In this document: in pieces, positions 1 to 10,512 of the stretch
Layout of the letters: each line of letters starts with the position of its first letter
Numbering within the stretch: position 1 is the stretch's first letter
UHGV virus genome: UHGV-0037042
DNA length: 38,839 nucleotides
Reading direction: 5' to 3' (one strand)
Source: a virus
The notes under the pieces: model-generated
Told to the model about the DNA's origin: nothing
Database searches by the model: none
Seen by the model: only the letters and a program-made list of their open reading frames with translations
Position numbers and translations under genes: made by a program

Positions 1-2
1 GG

Positions 3-25
3 TCTCCCTATAGTGAGTCGTATTA
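3..25 (-). promoter_or_regulatory. Phage RNAP promoter φ9 (split across the window wrap-around)
   Basis: Exact 23-bp consensus TAATACGACTCACTATAGGGAGA (revcomp), overlapping the gene 8 stop. The transcript leader continues at the window's 3' end. Confidence 0.95.
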
Positions 26-1633
26 AATACCAGGCTGTAGACCCACGGAATCAGCGGCAGCAGCCATAGCCTCAGGTGAAGCTGTAGCCTGTGCAGCCAT
101 ACCTTGAGCCAGCGCAGCGGCACCATTATCCATACCCATCTGCATAGACTGTTGGGCCATCTTCTGTTGCTTCTGTTCTTCGGTGAGAAGAATACCAGAA
201 GTGTCAATACCGATAGCGTTGGCAATACGCAACTTAATCATCGCTAAGTTGATATCAGGGTCATCACGCATAGGAGCAAGAGCAGCCCACGCAGTGACAC
301 ACCGCTCCAGCTTATCAAGGTCTTGACCACGACCGATTGCTTCCAGACCTGTACTAATGGTTGGCTCTACGGCTTCCTTAGGTAACTCAGGAATCTGTTG
401 CGTGGCTTGTAGTTGCTTCAAGAGCACTCGTACCAGAGGCAATTGTAATTCTTGAGAAAGGATAGAGTAGACACCGCCTAAAGTATCTTCAAGTTCTGAC
501 GCAACGTACCGAATCTCTTCGGCGGTCACACGTTCACCTGTACGCTGAACAGCGGAGTTCAACATGAAGGCAAACGAAAGTCGAGCCTCAATAGCGTCAC
601 TTACAGCCTTGGCTACGGTAAAGTCTGCTTGCTTCTCCAATTGCAGGAATGAGATGTCCTCTGGACGACCAGTAACGAAGTCACCAGTCTGAGCCTTAGT
701 CAGTCGGCGTGGCTGGGTGATACCAGCAGGATTCACTAAGCCGATAACCTTCGAGCTAATCATGGACATCTTAACGATAGCCTCTTGGAGATTCTCAAGG
801 GACCTCAAGTCGCCTAAGTATTCCTCAATGTACGAACGACCGTAGGATTCCCCATCTAGTCGAACCATTCGAATCGGGATGTACGGGCAAGCCTCTTGTG
901 GGTAAGACCCATCGGAGCCTTGTACCTCCATACCCTCAACCTCTTCGTAGCGGAGATACTCACCTGATTCTTCGTCCAGATAGATGTGAGTGTACACATC
1001 AATGGTCTCATCAGCTTTCTTCTCGCCGCCCTGTCCTTCAACTGCCTTGCGGATGTCCTCAGGGAGCGCACCAAAAGCTATCTGGTCACGAGTCACCATT
1101 TGCAGAACGTTGCCGAATGCGTCTCGTTGGACCACATAAGAAGACAATCGGTACAGCTTCATTGGATTGTAATTTGACCCGTCTGGTTCCGGCAGGTATA
1201 GCAGGACGTTACCAGCAACGACTAACTGCTTGAGAGCCTCAAATAGCGTCACTCGGTAGCTGTTAGACTCAATATAGTTCATGATGATACGCTCTACCAT
1301 TGAGAGTCCCTCATCTACCTTGGCGAGTCCATCGGGGTCGTTCAGTAACTGTTTGGCCTCAAACTCAGAGATGGTCAGCTTCATCCACGTTTGCATCGGG
1401 AAGAGAGCCAGCATGAGCTTAGAGGCTAAGTTATTGAGACCGCGAGCACCCACAGCTTGCCACGGCGTAGTGTAGTCTGTGGATGAGTTATCGGAGTCCT
1501 TAGGGAAGAGGGACGGAATGGTGTACTGAGCGCAGTTTTGAGCGCGAGTCTCATAGGGTGCACGGTCGTTCTTCAAGCGGTCATAAACTGACTTTGCTCC
1601 CTCCTCGGCTAGACCTGTACGCTTCTCAGCCAT
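23..1633 (-). CDS. 8: Head-to-tail connector (portal) protein gp8
   Basis: 536-aa ORF. Length and sequence match T7 gp8. The stop overlaps the φ9 promoter at the window start. Confidence 0.96.
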   Translation of the reverse strand: MAEKRTGLAEEGAKSVYDRLKNDRAPYETRAQNCAQYTIPSLFPKDSDNSSTDYTTPWQAVGARGLNNLASKLMLALFPMQTWMKLTISEFEAKQLLNDPDGLAKVDEGLSMVERIIMNYIESNSYRVTLFEALKQLVVAGNVLLYLPEPDGSNYNPMKLYRLSSYVVQRDAFGNVLQMVTRDQIAFGALPEDIRKAVEGQGGEKKADETIDVYTHIYLDEESGEYLRYEEVEGMEVQGSDGSYPQEACPYIPIRMVRLDGESYGRSYIEEYLGDLRSLENLQEAIVKMSMISSKVIGLVNPAGITQPRRLTKAQTGDFVTGRPEDISFLQLEKQADFTVAKAVSDAIEARLSFAFMLNSAVQRTGERVTAEEIRYVASELEDTLGGVYSILSQELQLPLVRVLLKQLQATQQIPELPKEAVEPTISTGLEAIGRGQDLDKLERCVTAWAALAPMRDDPDINLAMIKLRIANAIGIDTSGILLTEEQKQQKMAQQSMQMGMDNGAAALAQGMAAQATASPEAMAAAADSVGLQPGI

Positions 1634-1647
1634 GTGTCACCTCCTGA

Positions 1648-1950
1648 TTAAATGTTGATGCCGCCACCGGAGCTACGAGCCACACTTAAGGACTTCTTAC
1701 CGCCAGCGCGAGCTTTCTTACGTCCGCTTTCGGTCTGTGCTTCGTCCTCAGTGGAAACCTCTTTCTCAGGTACGTCAACAATCTGTGCCGCTGGGGTTGC
1801 GGCTGGTTGTGGCACTTCGACTACCTGTGCTTCACCAGCACCACCAGCCAGACCACTAGCAACCTGTTTAACCGGACGAGCCACTTCCTTAACGACTTTC
1901 TTAACGGACTTAGTGACTTTCTTCACGGCCTTCTTAATTTTCTTACCCAT
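1648..1950 (-). CDS. 7.3: Tail/host-range protein gp7.3
   Basis: 100-aa Lys/Ala-rich ORF, syntenic with T7 7.3 and of matching length. It abuts gene 8 directly (no gene 7.7). Confidence 0.88.
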   Translation of the reverse strand: MGKKIKKAVKKVTKSVKKVVKEVARPVKQVASGLAGGAGEAQVVEVPQPAATPAAQIVDVPEKEVSTEDEAQTESGRKKARAGGKKSLSVARSSGGGINI

Positions 1951-1953
1951 AAC

Positions 1954-2355
1954 TTATACCTCCTTAAAGTATACACGCATTGTCTCGCCTTCATGTTTAC
2001 AGCGGGACACCCAATCGCAATCGTGGAGTTCTGCAAGATACTTAAAGCGTTTCGCTAGGAATCGCTGTAAGCCCTTAGAGTCTGCCTCAGGATTAATGAC
2101 AACTGACGTTACATCCAGAATGTCTCCTTTGTGGTGAATGTCACAGCTTACGCACCACGCGAAGTACGCTACATGTTTTCCGGTAGAGTCCAGAATGTAC
2201 TCTTCACGACAACCAGACATGTCCATAACTTCGTCAACGTAGAGGCTGTATCCTACAAAGTGTCCTTCGAATCCTTTAGGCAGCCCAAGGTGCTCTACCG
2301 TCCACCGGATTGCACGGAAGCGACTTTTGGCCTCCACACATGTGAACTCAGACAT
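1954..2355 (-). CDS. 7: Host-range / virion protein gp7
   Basis: 133 aa from ATG at 2355, with GGAGG upstream. The track's extra leading M comes from a GTG. Syntenic with T7 gene 7. Confidence 0.88.
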   Translation of the reverse strand: MSEFTCVEAKSRFRAIRWTVEHLGLPKGFEGHFVGYSLYVDEVMDMSGCREEYILDSTGKHVAYFAWCVSCDIHHKGDILDVTSVVINPEADSKGLQRFLAKRFKYLAELHDCDWVSRCKHEGETMRVYFKEV

Positions 2356-2621
2356 CACTTCTTGCCTCCGAATGCGGATTTACGGATTGAAGATTTCATA
2401 CGAGCGGAACCAGTATTCGTAGCTTTATACTTCTCTACGGAATCATCGCGTTCGACCTTGAGGTCTTTGCGTCCAGACACTTCGGTGCCTTCGGTATCCG
2501 TCTCATCAGAAGACCCACCGAACTCCACGCTTGACACTTCTTGGGTCAGGGGCGCTGGCTCAACGGCTCGAATCTGATTGGTATCCATCTTCGGAACTTT
2601 AACTTTCGGTGAGAAACACAT
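2355..2621 (-). CDS. 6.7: Virion protein gp6.7
   Basis: 88 aa starting MCFSPKVKVPKMDTNQ, with a GGAGG RBS 8 nt upstream of ATG 2621. The track ORF is longer because of upstream in-frame Met codons. Confidence 0.82.
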   Translation of the reverse strand: MCFSPKVKVPKMDTNQIRAVEPAPLTQEVSSVEFGGSSDETDTEGTEVSGRKDLKVERDDSVEKYKATNTGSARMKSSIRKSAFGGKK

Positions 2622-2625
2622 AAGG

Positions 2626-2880
2626 TCAATCCTCCCCATCATCTCTTAGTTGTTCCTTACGTATCTCAATCTCGTCAATGACGTTAGAGGCATACTGTAG
2701 ACCCTGAATGAAACCCAAGATGTGGGCCTCACTACAGCCATTAGCACGCATAAGTCCTATATGACCAGACGCTTCGAGGTACGCATAGTTGAATCGAACC
2801 TGTAGATACTCAGCGGTTGCACGAGGTACATCTGGAATATCGTTAGGGTTCTTAAGTAAATGGTTAATAGGTGTTAACAT
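2626..2880 (-). CDS. 6.5: gp6.5 hypothetical protein
   Basis: 84-aa ORF immediately downstream of φ6.5/R6.5. Syntenic with T7 6.5. Confidence 0.85.
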   Translation of the reverse strand: MLTPINHLLKNPNDIPDVPRATAEYLQVRFNYAYLEASGHIGLMRANGCSEAHILGFIQGLQYASNVIDEIEIRKEQLRDDGED

Positions 2881-2910
2881 GATAAAGATTCCTCTTAGAG
2901 TTAAATCTTA

Positions 2911-2981
2911 AAGTAATAATCATAAAGGCCCCTATCTCCCTATAGTGAGTCGTATTAATTTAGGGACCTTGAGTTTATCAC
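2911..2981 (-). promoter_or_regulatory. RNase III site R6.5 (hairpin enclosing φ6.5)
   Basis: GTAATAATCATAAAGGCCCC...GGGACCTTGAGTTTATCAC inverted repeat. Confidence 0.75.
2935..2957 (-). promoter_or_regulatory. φ6.5 promoter
   Basis: Exact consensus (revcomp), embedded in the R6.5 hairpin. Confidence 0.95.
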
Positions 2982-3067
2982 TTATCGTCGTGTAACGACT
3001 TGATTATTTGGGCTAGGTCCCAAAGGCCCCACGCAATGAGGCACACTCCGAGACCACAAAGACCCAT
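2978..3067 (-). CDS. 6.3: gp6.3 small protein
   Basis: 29-aa ORF (MGLCGLGVCLIAWGLWDLAQIIKSLHDDK) overlapping the 3' end of gene 6, as T7 6.3 does. Too short for the ORF track; read by hand. Confidence 0.55.
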   Translation of the reverse strand: MGLCGLGVCLIAWGLWDLAQIIKSLHDDK

Positions 3068-3078
3068 ACCGATATACG

Positions 3079-3981
3079 CTACGGTCTCCACAGGTAAATC
3101 TCCTTGTCGATAAAGTTGTACTCGTTGAACCGTAGGATTCGAGCCATCTGTCCCTGCTTGATGATATCCTCTTCGGACATACCAGCCTTCGCACCGATGG
3201 ACTTAATGCAGTCCCAAAGCGTCTCATGAGGCTCAGGGTCGCGTTTAACCCACTTAGTTACCTCCTGCCCCTTATTCTTACCAGACTTAAGCACAGAGGT
3301 CTTAGGCTCGGTAATGAACGGGTTATTCAAGAAGTCCTCAGCGGTATCACCCCATCCGGCAATCCCTGAGTAACCATCGGTAATATCACCCTTGATGGTC
3401 TGGAAGAGGTGCCACCAGTCAGCGGACTCTTCGGTCTGAGTCAGGATGTTGCCAGTGGTACACCACAGGAAGTCACAGTTAGGGATGGTCTTAAAGTCCT
3501 TATCGCACGAGATGATTACCGCCTTACGAGCACCGAATGCAGACGGGTTGGAAGCAATAACTCCCATAACGTCATCACCCTCAAGCATCGGCTCACGAAT
3601 GCAGTAGAACTCTTCTCGTTCGAAGAGAGCCTCAAGGAACTCAAAGTAACCTACAGGTTTCTTCGTGGCCTTACGGTTAGCCTTATAGTTCGGGTCAACT
3701 AGTTCTTTGCGCCAGTTAACACTATCGGTGAACGCGAGGACAATCGGAGCGCCTACCCAAGCCTTCTTACGGGTCTCATAGGACTTGATAGAATCCTCAA
3801 GAATCTGACGGGCCTTGGCGTGGTCACAGCAGCGGTGCCAAATCTCTTCCTCCCAAGAGACATCAAACTCAGCAGCACTCATAGCTTGGAAGACCAGCCA
3901 GTCGCCATCCATCACAAGGATGCCTTTATCGTTACAGCCTTCACGTAACTCGTAGAATTGTTTAATGTCAAGAAGCGCCAT
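3079..3981 (-). CDS. 6: 5'-3' exonuclease gp6
   Basis: 300 aa. Same length as T7 exonuclease and near-identical sequence. Confidence 0.96.
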   Translation of the reverse strand: MALLDIKQFYELREGCNDKGILVMDGDWLVFQAMSAAEFDVSWEEEIWHRCCDHAKARQILEDSIKSYETRKKAWVGAPIVLAFTDSVNWRKELVDPNYKANRKATKKPVGYFEFLEALFEREEFYCIREPMLEGDDVMGVIASNPSAFGARKAVIISCDKDFKTIPNCDFLWCTTGNILTQTEESADWWHLFQTIKGDITDGYSGIAGWGDTAEDFLNNPFITEPKTSVLKSGKNKGQEVTKWVKRDPEPHETLWDCIKSIGAKAGMSEEDIIKQGQMARILRFNEYNFIDKEIYLWRP

Positions 3982-4087
3982 TAAGTTTCTCCTCTAGTTC
4001 AGCTACGTACTCGTCAGCTTCCATAAGCTGGTTCTTAAGGCTATCGTTCCACGCATCACGGGGAATAGTTACAGTGTCACGTACCAT
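3968..4087 (-). CDS. 5.9: gp5.9-like (RecBCD inhibitor position)
   Basis: 39-aa ORF (MVRDTVTIPRDAWNDSLKNQLMEADEYVAELEEKLNGAS) read by hand. Its ATG overlaps the 5.7 stop (TAATG) and its 3' end overlaps the gene 6 start, the same arrangement as T7 5.9. Confidence 0.6.
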   Translation of the reverse strand: MVRDTVTIPRDAWNDSLKNQLMEADEYVAELEEKLNGAS

Positions 4088-4296
4088 TAGACACATCCTC
4101 CCATTCGTTTCAGAAAGCGAGTACCAGATGCGGTAATTTCCCAAGCGCCACCGTTACGTCCACTTGTAGTCAGACACGAGATGTGACCACGGGAAGCGGC
4201 CTCCGCTACGAGGCTCGCATTGTTCCGTACATAGTTGGACTGGAAAGTCTTAGGGCAACCCTTGATTGCTTGCAGTACTTTCAGGTAGTCAGACAT
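4087..4296 (-). CDS. 5.7: gp5.7
   Basis: 69-aa ORF MSDYLKVLQAIKGCPKTFQSNYVRNN... Matches T7 gp5.7 in length and sequence. Confidence 0.88.
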   Translation of the reverse strand: MSDYLKVLQAIKGCPKTFQSNYVRNNASLVAEAASRGHISCLTTSGRNGGAWEITASGTRFLKRMGGCV

Positions 4297-4595
4297 CAGA
4301 ACACCTCCCGTACTGTTGCAGGAGATAACTTGAAGCAGTCCTTATCGGAATACTCTTCGTGCATATCCTTGATAGCCTCACGAAACGCTGTACGCACTAC
4401 GAACGTCATTACGCCTTCCATACCGTGTGTCAGGAACTGGACAATCATTTCCTTCTGCTTACCATCTGGGACAATAGCACCGGAGCCAACCTGCTTACAC
4501 AAGTGCAGCATGTCTTTCTCGATGATTTCCTGAACGTCAGATGGCATCTTAGCGGTAACGTCAAAGGACACTTTAAATTTCTTGGTCATAGCCAT
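4296..4595 (-). CDS. 5.5: gp5.5 (H-NS-binding protein family)
   Basis: 98 aa from MAMTKKFKVSFDV..., with ATG at 4595 preceded by AGGAGA. The track's longer ORF overlaps the gene 5 end and is an upstream extension. Lies ~20 nt after gene 5 (no 5.3). Confidence 0.8.
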   Translation of the reverse strand: MAMTKKFKVSFDVTAKMPSDVQEIIEKDMLHLCKQVGSGAIVPDGKQKEMIVQFLTHGMEGVMTFVVRTAFREAIKDMHEEYSDKDCFKLSPATVREVF

Positions 4596-4614
4596 AATGA
4601 TTTCTCCTATAGAA

Positions 4615-6729
4615 TTAGTGACATACGGCCCAATTAGGACCCATCTTACCTTCGGTATCCAGAAGACACCGGAAGTTCCAGTGGTCTCCAACCCAGCGCA
4701 TTGCTTCTTGTGCGGTCTCAATTACCACCTGAGCAATCTCTTCGGTACGGCAACCTACTTGGATTTCATCGTGTACCCACGCCATGTACGCAAAGTCCCC
4801 ATCCCAGCCATGCTTCAAGCCTTTCTCTACGAGCATCTCTTCTGTCTTGATAATCCACAGTTTGCAGATGAGAGCACCAGCAGATTGAAGGAGGGTATTC
4901 AACGCAGCGTGCGGACTACGAACGTGTACTTTACGACCATCCAGACCTTTAATCCAGCGGCGTTTCCACTTGACTCGTTGCTCACCAGCGACCCACTGAG
5001 AGGACTCCACAAGTGTCTGTTGGATAGACTCACGTAATGCAGCAATCGCTGGGGTGTTCTCAAGGAATTTCTTCTTGAGTTCCTTACCGCGCTCTTTACC
5101 AGCACCAACAATCTGTCCAATCTTCTCGTCCCCAGCACCGTAGAGGAACCCATAGATGAACGTCTTGGCGTTATCGCGGGTTGGTAACTCAGCAGCCATC
5201 TGGTTCTTCGTGTGGATATCACCGTTCAGGATTTCGTGAGCGTACTCACCGTTGTCGAAACGAGCCATGAAGTGGGCCAAGCAGCGTAGCTCCAGACCGG
5301 ATGCGTCGATACCAGCCTGAACCCAAGGCTTACCAGTTACCCCATCCAAATGGTGCTCAGCGCCAAAAGCAGCGCGACACTGCTCTCCATAAGGAGAACG
5401 TACACCCGGAATTTGCGCAAGGTTGGGGAACGCATGGGTCGCACGACCTGTAACTGCTCCATTAGGGTTAACAGAACCATGAATCTTACCGTCCTCAGCA
5501 ACGTAACGAAGCCAAGCCTTATCACCCTCAGCAGACTGACCGATTCGCTTCTGAATCATCAAATACTCTTTAATGAGGTCGATAGCAGCTTGCTTCTCAG
5601 GGTCATCTACACGTACTCCTTCGAGTACCTCATCGTCCACCACAGGAGCACCCTTATCGGTGAACTTAGTCGGGACCCATCCAGCCTCTTGGAGTTTCTT
5701 CTGAATGTGGTCACGAGACGAAGGGTTAAACACTACGTGCTCGACCGGAGTATAAGGAGCACCAGCAACGTACTCACGGGTATCCAGTTCGCAAGGCTCA
5801 CGACCTTCTCGCTGTGCCTTGTTCTTAGGCTTCTTAAAGATGCCACCAACTTTAGGTGTCTTAATGCGAGGATACTTAGGAAGTGGTTTACCAGTCCTCG
5901 GATGGCAGAACATTTCAGTGCCGCCTTTAGGTTGATACCACGAACCGAACGTTTCGGTCAATTTACGCAGCAACTCAGAGCGTCGAGAAGCTAACTCTAC
6001 GTACAACTCTTCGATTGCTTTCGTGTCAAACGGGAACCCATTACGCTCCTGTTTGGCTAGTAACCATGCAGCACGATGTTCAACGTCAACGGCCTCAAGG
6101 GATTCTGACCAGAAAGTAGTGTATCCTACGTCCGTAAAGTCAATCTCAGGAGGAAAGTAATGTTTGTCAGAGAGTAGCTTCTCAAGGAGAGCCTTAGTGA
6201 CCACAACGTCCTGAACGTTATAGGCCATCATCTCTTCGTTGAAGTTCCACCATTCCATTCCGTCAACATATTCTTCACCCTGCTCTTCGAGCATACGCTT
6301 AAAGTCGTCTTTGTATTCACCCTTCATTTCGCCTAAGCGATAGCCCCATGCTTCCAGAGCGTGAGACCCAAAGCGTTTCCCAGGCAACTTGCCGGAACGC
6401 AGTAGACCCATATCGGTGTCTTTGAGGTTGGAGTGAATCAAACGTGACAGCACAAGGGTGTCGATACAGTTCTCACGAGGAATGTGGAACTCTCGGTTCA
6501 ACTGTAACTTAGCCAGTTTGGTCAATGCAGGAACGTCATACTTGTGACCGTTGTGGAACACAATAAGACCGCCTCGTGCAACCTCGGCTTCCAGCGCATC
6601 CAGATACGCACCGAAGTCACTCGGACGGTAGCTTACGTACTCGGCGGTGGAGTAGTCGTAGATAACCCCGCAGTGGAACTTAGTGACGCTCTCTAAGAGG
6701 GCGTTAGCTTCGATGTCAGAAACGATCAT
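4615..6729 (-). CDS. 5: DNA polymerase gp5
   Basis: 704 aa, same length as T7 DNA polymerase, with near-identical sequence including the thioredoxin-binding region. Confidence 0.98.
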   Translation of the reverse strand: MIVSDIEANALLESVTKFHCGVIYDYSTAEYVSYRPSDFGAYLDALEAEVARGGLIVFHNGHKYDVPALTKLAKLQLNREFHIPRENCIDTLVLSRLIHSNLKDTDMGLLRSGKLPGKRFGSHALEAWGYRLGEMKGEYKDDFKRMLEEQGEEYVDGMEWWNFNEEMMAYNVQDVVVTKALLEKLLSDKHYFPPEIDFTDVGYTTFWSESLEAVDVEHRAAWLLAKQERNGFPFDTKAIEELYVELASRRSELLRKLTETFGSWYQPKGGTEMFCHPRTGKPLPKYPRIKTPKVGGIFKKPKNKAQREGREPCELDTREYVAGAPYTPVEHVVFNPSSRDHIQKKLQEAGWVPTKFTDKGAPVVDDEVLEGVRVDDPEKQAAIDLIKEYLMIQKRIGQSAEGDKAWLRYVAEDGKIHGSVNPNGAVTGRATHAFPNLAQIPGVRSPYGEQCRAAFGAEHHLDGVTGKPWVQAGIDASGLELRCLAHFMARFDNGEYAHEILNGDIHTKNQMAAELPTRDNAKTFIYGFLYGAGDEKIGQIVGAGKERGKELKKKFLENTPAIAALRESIQQTLVESSQWVAGEQRVKWKRRWIKGLDGRKVHVRSPHAALNTLLQSAGALICKLWIIKTEEMLVEKGLKHGWDGDFAYMAWVHDEIQVGCRTEEIAQVVIETAQEAMRWVGDHWNFRCLLDTEGKMGPNWAVCH

Positions 6730-6747
6730 ATTGATTTCTCCTATTGA

Positions 6748-7155
6748 TTATCGCGACTTAACAATCTCTTCATACGAGACAACTGTCAAGAAGCCTGTGT
6801 GAATCATGCTGGTCTTATCAGCAACGATTGCTCCTCGTGGAGTAACACCTGTGATATATGACACTTGTGCGTATTTACCACTAACTGAGCGGACATAGCC
6901 ATATCCACCAACAACTCCCATATCCACCTTCACCCAATCGCCAGCTTTGATGTGGGTCATTGTGTCCTTATCGAACACTTTATGGCTAAGCTTGGTAACT
7001 TCTGGTTTCTTCCAGCCAGTCTGTCTTGTCCAAGTCCAACCTAAGTTCTTCAAGATGTGAACAGCGGAGCGAGCCTTAGCTTCATGGTACTTAACGTCCT
7101 CCAATTCAGCTTCCAGTTTAGCGATTTCTGCTTGGATAACTTTAGGGTCACGCAT
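6748..7155 (-). CDS. 4.7: gp4.7
   Basis: 135 aa from MRDPKVIQAEIAKLEAELEDVKYHEAK, starting at ATG 7155 with an RBS, just downstream of φ4.7. The track's 163-aa version is an upstream extension running through the promoter. Confidence 0.8.
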   Translation of the reverse strand: MRDPKVIQAEIAKLEAELEDVKYHEAKARSAVHILKNLGWTWTRQTGWKKPEVTKLSHKVFDKDTMTHIKAGDWVKVDMGVVGGYGYVRSVSGKYAQVSYITGVTPRGAIVADKTSMIHTGFLTVVSYEEIVKSR

Positions 7156-7161
7156 GATAAT

Positions 7162-7184
7162 GTCTCCTATAGTGAGTCGAATAG
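7162..7184 (-). promoter_or_regulatory. φ4.7 promoter
   Basis: CTATTCGACTCACTATAGGAGAC (revcomp), immediately upstream of gene 4.7. Confidence 0.9.
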
Positions 7185-7226
7185 TATTCATGAAGGCCAC
7201 CACTTGGGCGACCTTGAGTATACCAC
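7185..7226 (-). promoter_or_regulatory. RNase III site R4.7
   Basis: TATTCATGAAGGCCACCACTTGGGCGACCTTGAGTATACCAC, the same motif family as the other R sites. Confidence 0.7.
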
Positions 7227-7235
7227 TCTTAGCTA

Positions 7236-7502
7236 TCAATCAATCTTGTCGAGGATAGCCATAGCTTCATCTACGCGACCAGCTTCATGAATTGCTGTCA
7301 CGGCAGCTTTGGTAAGCGCATTGACCAGACGCAGTGCCTGCTCATCTGTCAACGTCATACGCTGAGTGTGATTCTTAGAGGACTTAGAGTCCTTCCAGCG
7401 GTAAACCATAGTCGCCTTACCGTTGCGAACGTTGATGTGGACTCGACGGTTCCACTGGTCAGCGGTATCGGATAGGCGGATAGTTTCGGCTACGTTAGAC
7501 AT
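7236..7502 (-). CDS. 4.5: gp4.5
   Basis: 88 aa from MSNVAETIRLSDTADQWNRRVH, with a GGAGA RBS. It sits 20 nt after the 4.3 stop, the same spacing as T7. Confidence 0.8.
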   Translation of the reverse strand: MSNVAETIRLSDTADQWNRRVHINVRNGKATMVYRWKDSKSSKNHTQRMTLTDEQALRLVNALTKAAVTAIHEAGRVDEAMAILDKID

Positions 7503-7521
7503 AATGGTTTCTCCTGTTTGA

Positions 7522-7734
7522 TTACTCAAAGAATTTGGAAAGCTGTTGGGCTTGGTTAGCTACACTGGCAGCTTTGGTAACTTTAGTGGATGCGCTATCA
7601 GCCAGTTCGTTGGAGCGAATCGCCAGAGCGCGTGACTGTGTGGCCTCTTTACGAGCCTCATCGTTCAGGCGTTTGGCTTCCACGTTGTGCATACGAACCA
7701 GCAGTTGGCCTAATTTCTTAATCAGTTTTAACAT
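7522..7734 (-). CDS. 4.3: gp4.3
   Basis: 70-aa ORF directly downstream of φ4.3. Length equals T7 4.3. Confidence 0.8.
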   Translation of the reverse strand: MLKLIKKLGQLLVRMHNVEAKRLNDEARKEATQSRALAIRSNELADSASTKVTKAASVANQAQQLSKFFE

Positions 7735-7740
7735 TGTGTG

Positions 7741-7763
7741 TCTCCTTTAGTGAGTTGTATTAA
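7741..7763 (-). promoter_or_regulatory. φ4.3 promoter
   Basis: TTAATACAACTCACTAAAGGAGA (revcomp), upstream of 4.3. Confidence 0.9.
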
Positions 7764-7826
7764 TTTCTGAATACGCAATAGGAGCACAGACACGAATCGT
7801 CCGGTCTGTGCCCATATGGGTTCACA

Positions 7827-9545
<1,719 letters not shown>

Positions 9546-9577
9546 TCAACAATGCGAACAAAGGGAAACCGTTGTGG

Positions 9578-9600
9578 TCTCCCTTTAGTGAGTTCAATTA
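9578..9600 (-). promoter_or_regulatory. φ3.8 promoter (drives gene 4 directly here)
   Basis: TAATTGAACTCACTAAAGGGAGAC (revcomp). Only ~45 nt separate it from the gene 4A ATG. Confidence 0.9.
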
Positions 9601-9601
9601 A

Positions 9602-10057
9602 TTAACCTCGGTCAGATGTGACCAACTCATTCTTCTCCCACCAACGCTTAAGGTCGAACGAAGGGCAAGCCTTCGGTGCCACATCGTGGTGAGCTTTCAG
9701 CACAGAGCCTTCGTACTTAGCCAGCAGTGTGACAAGCAGTGAGCGAAGGGATTGCATTTGGGCTGGCGTAAAGTTAGCGTCGAACTTACCTTTATCGTCA
9801 ATGCCACCAACAAGGCAGACACCGATTGAGTTGTGGTTGTGTCCCTTAGCGTGGGAACCTACAGCCATCTCGTCTCGACCTTCCTCTACAGTACCATCGC
9901 GCTTGATGATAAAGTGATATCCTACGTCCAACCAACCTTGCTCTTTATGCCACTGACGAATCTCACGGACACCTACGTTCTGGCTAGGTTTAGTCGCTGA
10001 GCAGTGAACAAAGATTGCTTCGGTAGATTCACGCGGTTTAAACTGTACACGGGCCAT
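9602..10057 (-). CDS. 3.5: Lysozyme / N-acetylmuramoyl-L-alanine amidase gp3.5 (RNAP inhibitor)
   Basis: 151 aa, near-identical to T7 lysozyme (MARVQFKQRESTDAIFVHCSATKPSQNVGVREIRQWHKEQGW...). Confidence 0.96.
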   Translation of the reverse strand: MARVQFKPRESTEAIFVHCSATKPSQNVGVREIRQWHKEQGWLDVGYHFIIKRDGTVEEGRDEMAVGSHAKGHNHNSIGVCLVGGIDDKGKFDANFTPAQMQSLRSLLVTLLAKYEGSVLKAHHDVAPKACPSFDLKRWWEKNELVTSDRG

Positions 10058-10512
10058 TATTTCTTTCCTCCCTTAGATTGCTTTAACTTGTCAAATGGCA
10101 CCTCCTTTTTGGGTTCTTTGAGCCATTCTACAGGAATTAATTTGTCAGCAAACAGTATGCCGTGCTTCTCGCACCACTCACCGTAACTGGTCGGAGACCC
10201 TTTGTACAGCTTGGTGCGGGAGCTTGAGAACACCAGACGAATATCTAGTTCAGGAAACTGTTCGCGAATCAGTAAGTGTTTCTTTCGGTCGTCACTCTCC
10301 CATAAACCTTTGGTTTCAATAAAGATTCCGTTCGGCAGCAGGAAGTCTGGAGTATACACATGGTTGCTCGCAGGGACAACGTAAGGGATTTTCCATAGTT
10401 CATAGTCGAACTTGATACCCTTACCCTCTAGCTGCTTAGAGACTTTATCTTCTAGGCCGGAACGGAATGTCCCGACCTTTCGGATTCCACGCGCAGCGTA
10501 TGCGCCAGCCAC
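10057..10512 (-). CDS. 3: Endonuclease I (Holliday junction resolvase) gp3
   Basis: 151 aa, T7 gp3-like. Starts with GTG immediately after the gp2.5 stop (GGAGAC RBS lies inside the 2.5 C-terminus). There is no gene 2.8 between 2.5 and 3. Confidence 0.88.
   Translation of the reverse strand: MAGAYAARGIRKVGTFRSGLEDKVSKQLEGKGIKFDYELWKIPYVVPASNHVYTPDFLLPNGIFIETKGLWESDDRKKHLLIREQFPELDIRLVFSSSRTKLYKGSPTSYGEWCEKHGILFADKLIPVEWLKEPKKEVPFDKLKQSKGGKK

Noticed and set aside
1-8. BsaI site (GGTCTC) exactly at the window start, suggestive of Golden-Gate engineering
   Set aside because: Every class III promoter followed by GGGAGACC contains GAGACC. The site is an intrinsic part of the φ9/φ10 consensus. 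The contig more likely opens here because assemblers break in the multi-copy promoter repeat.
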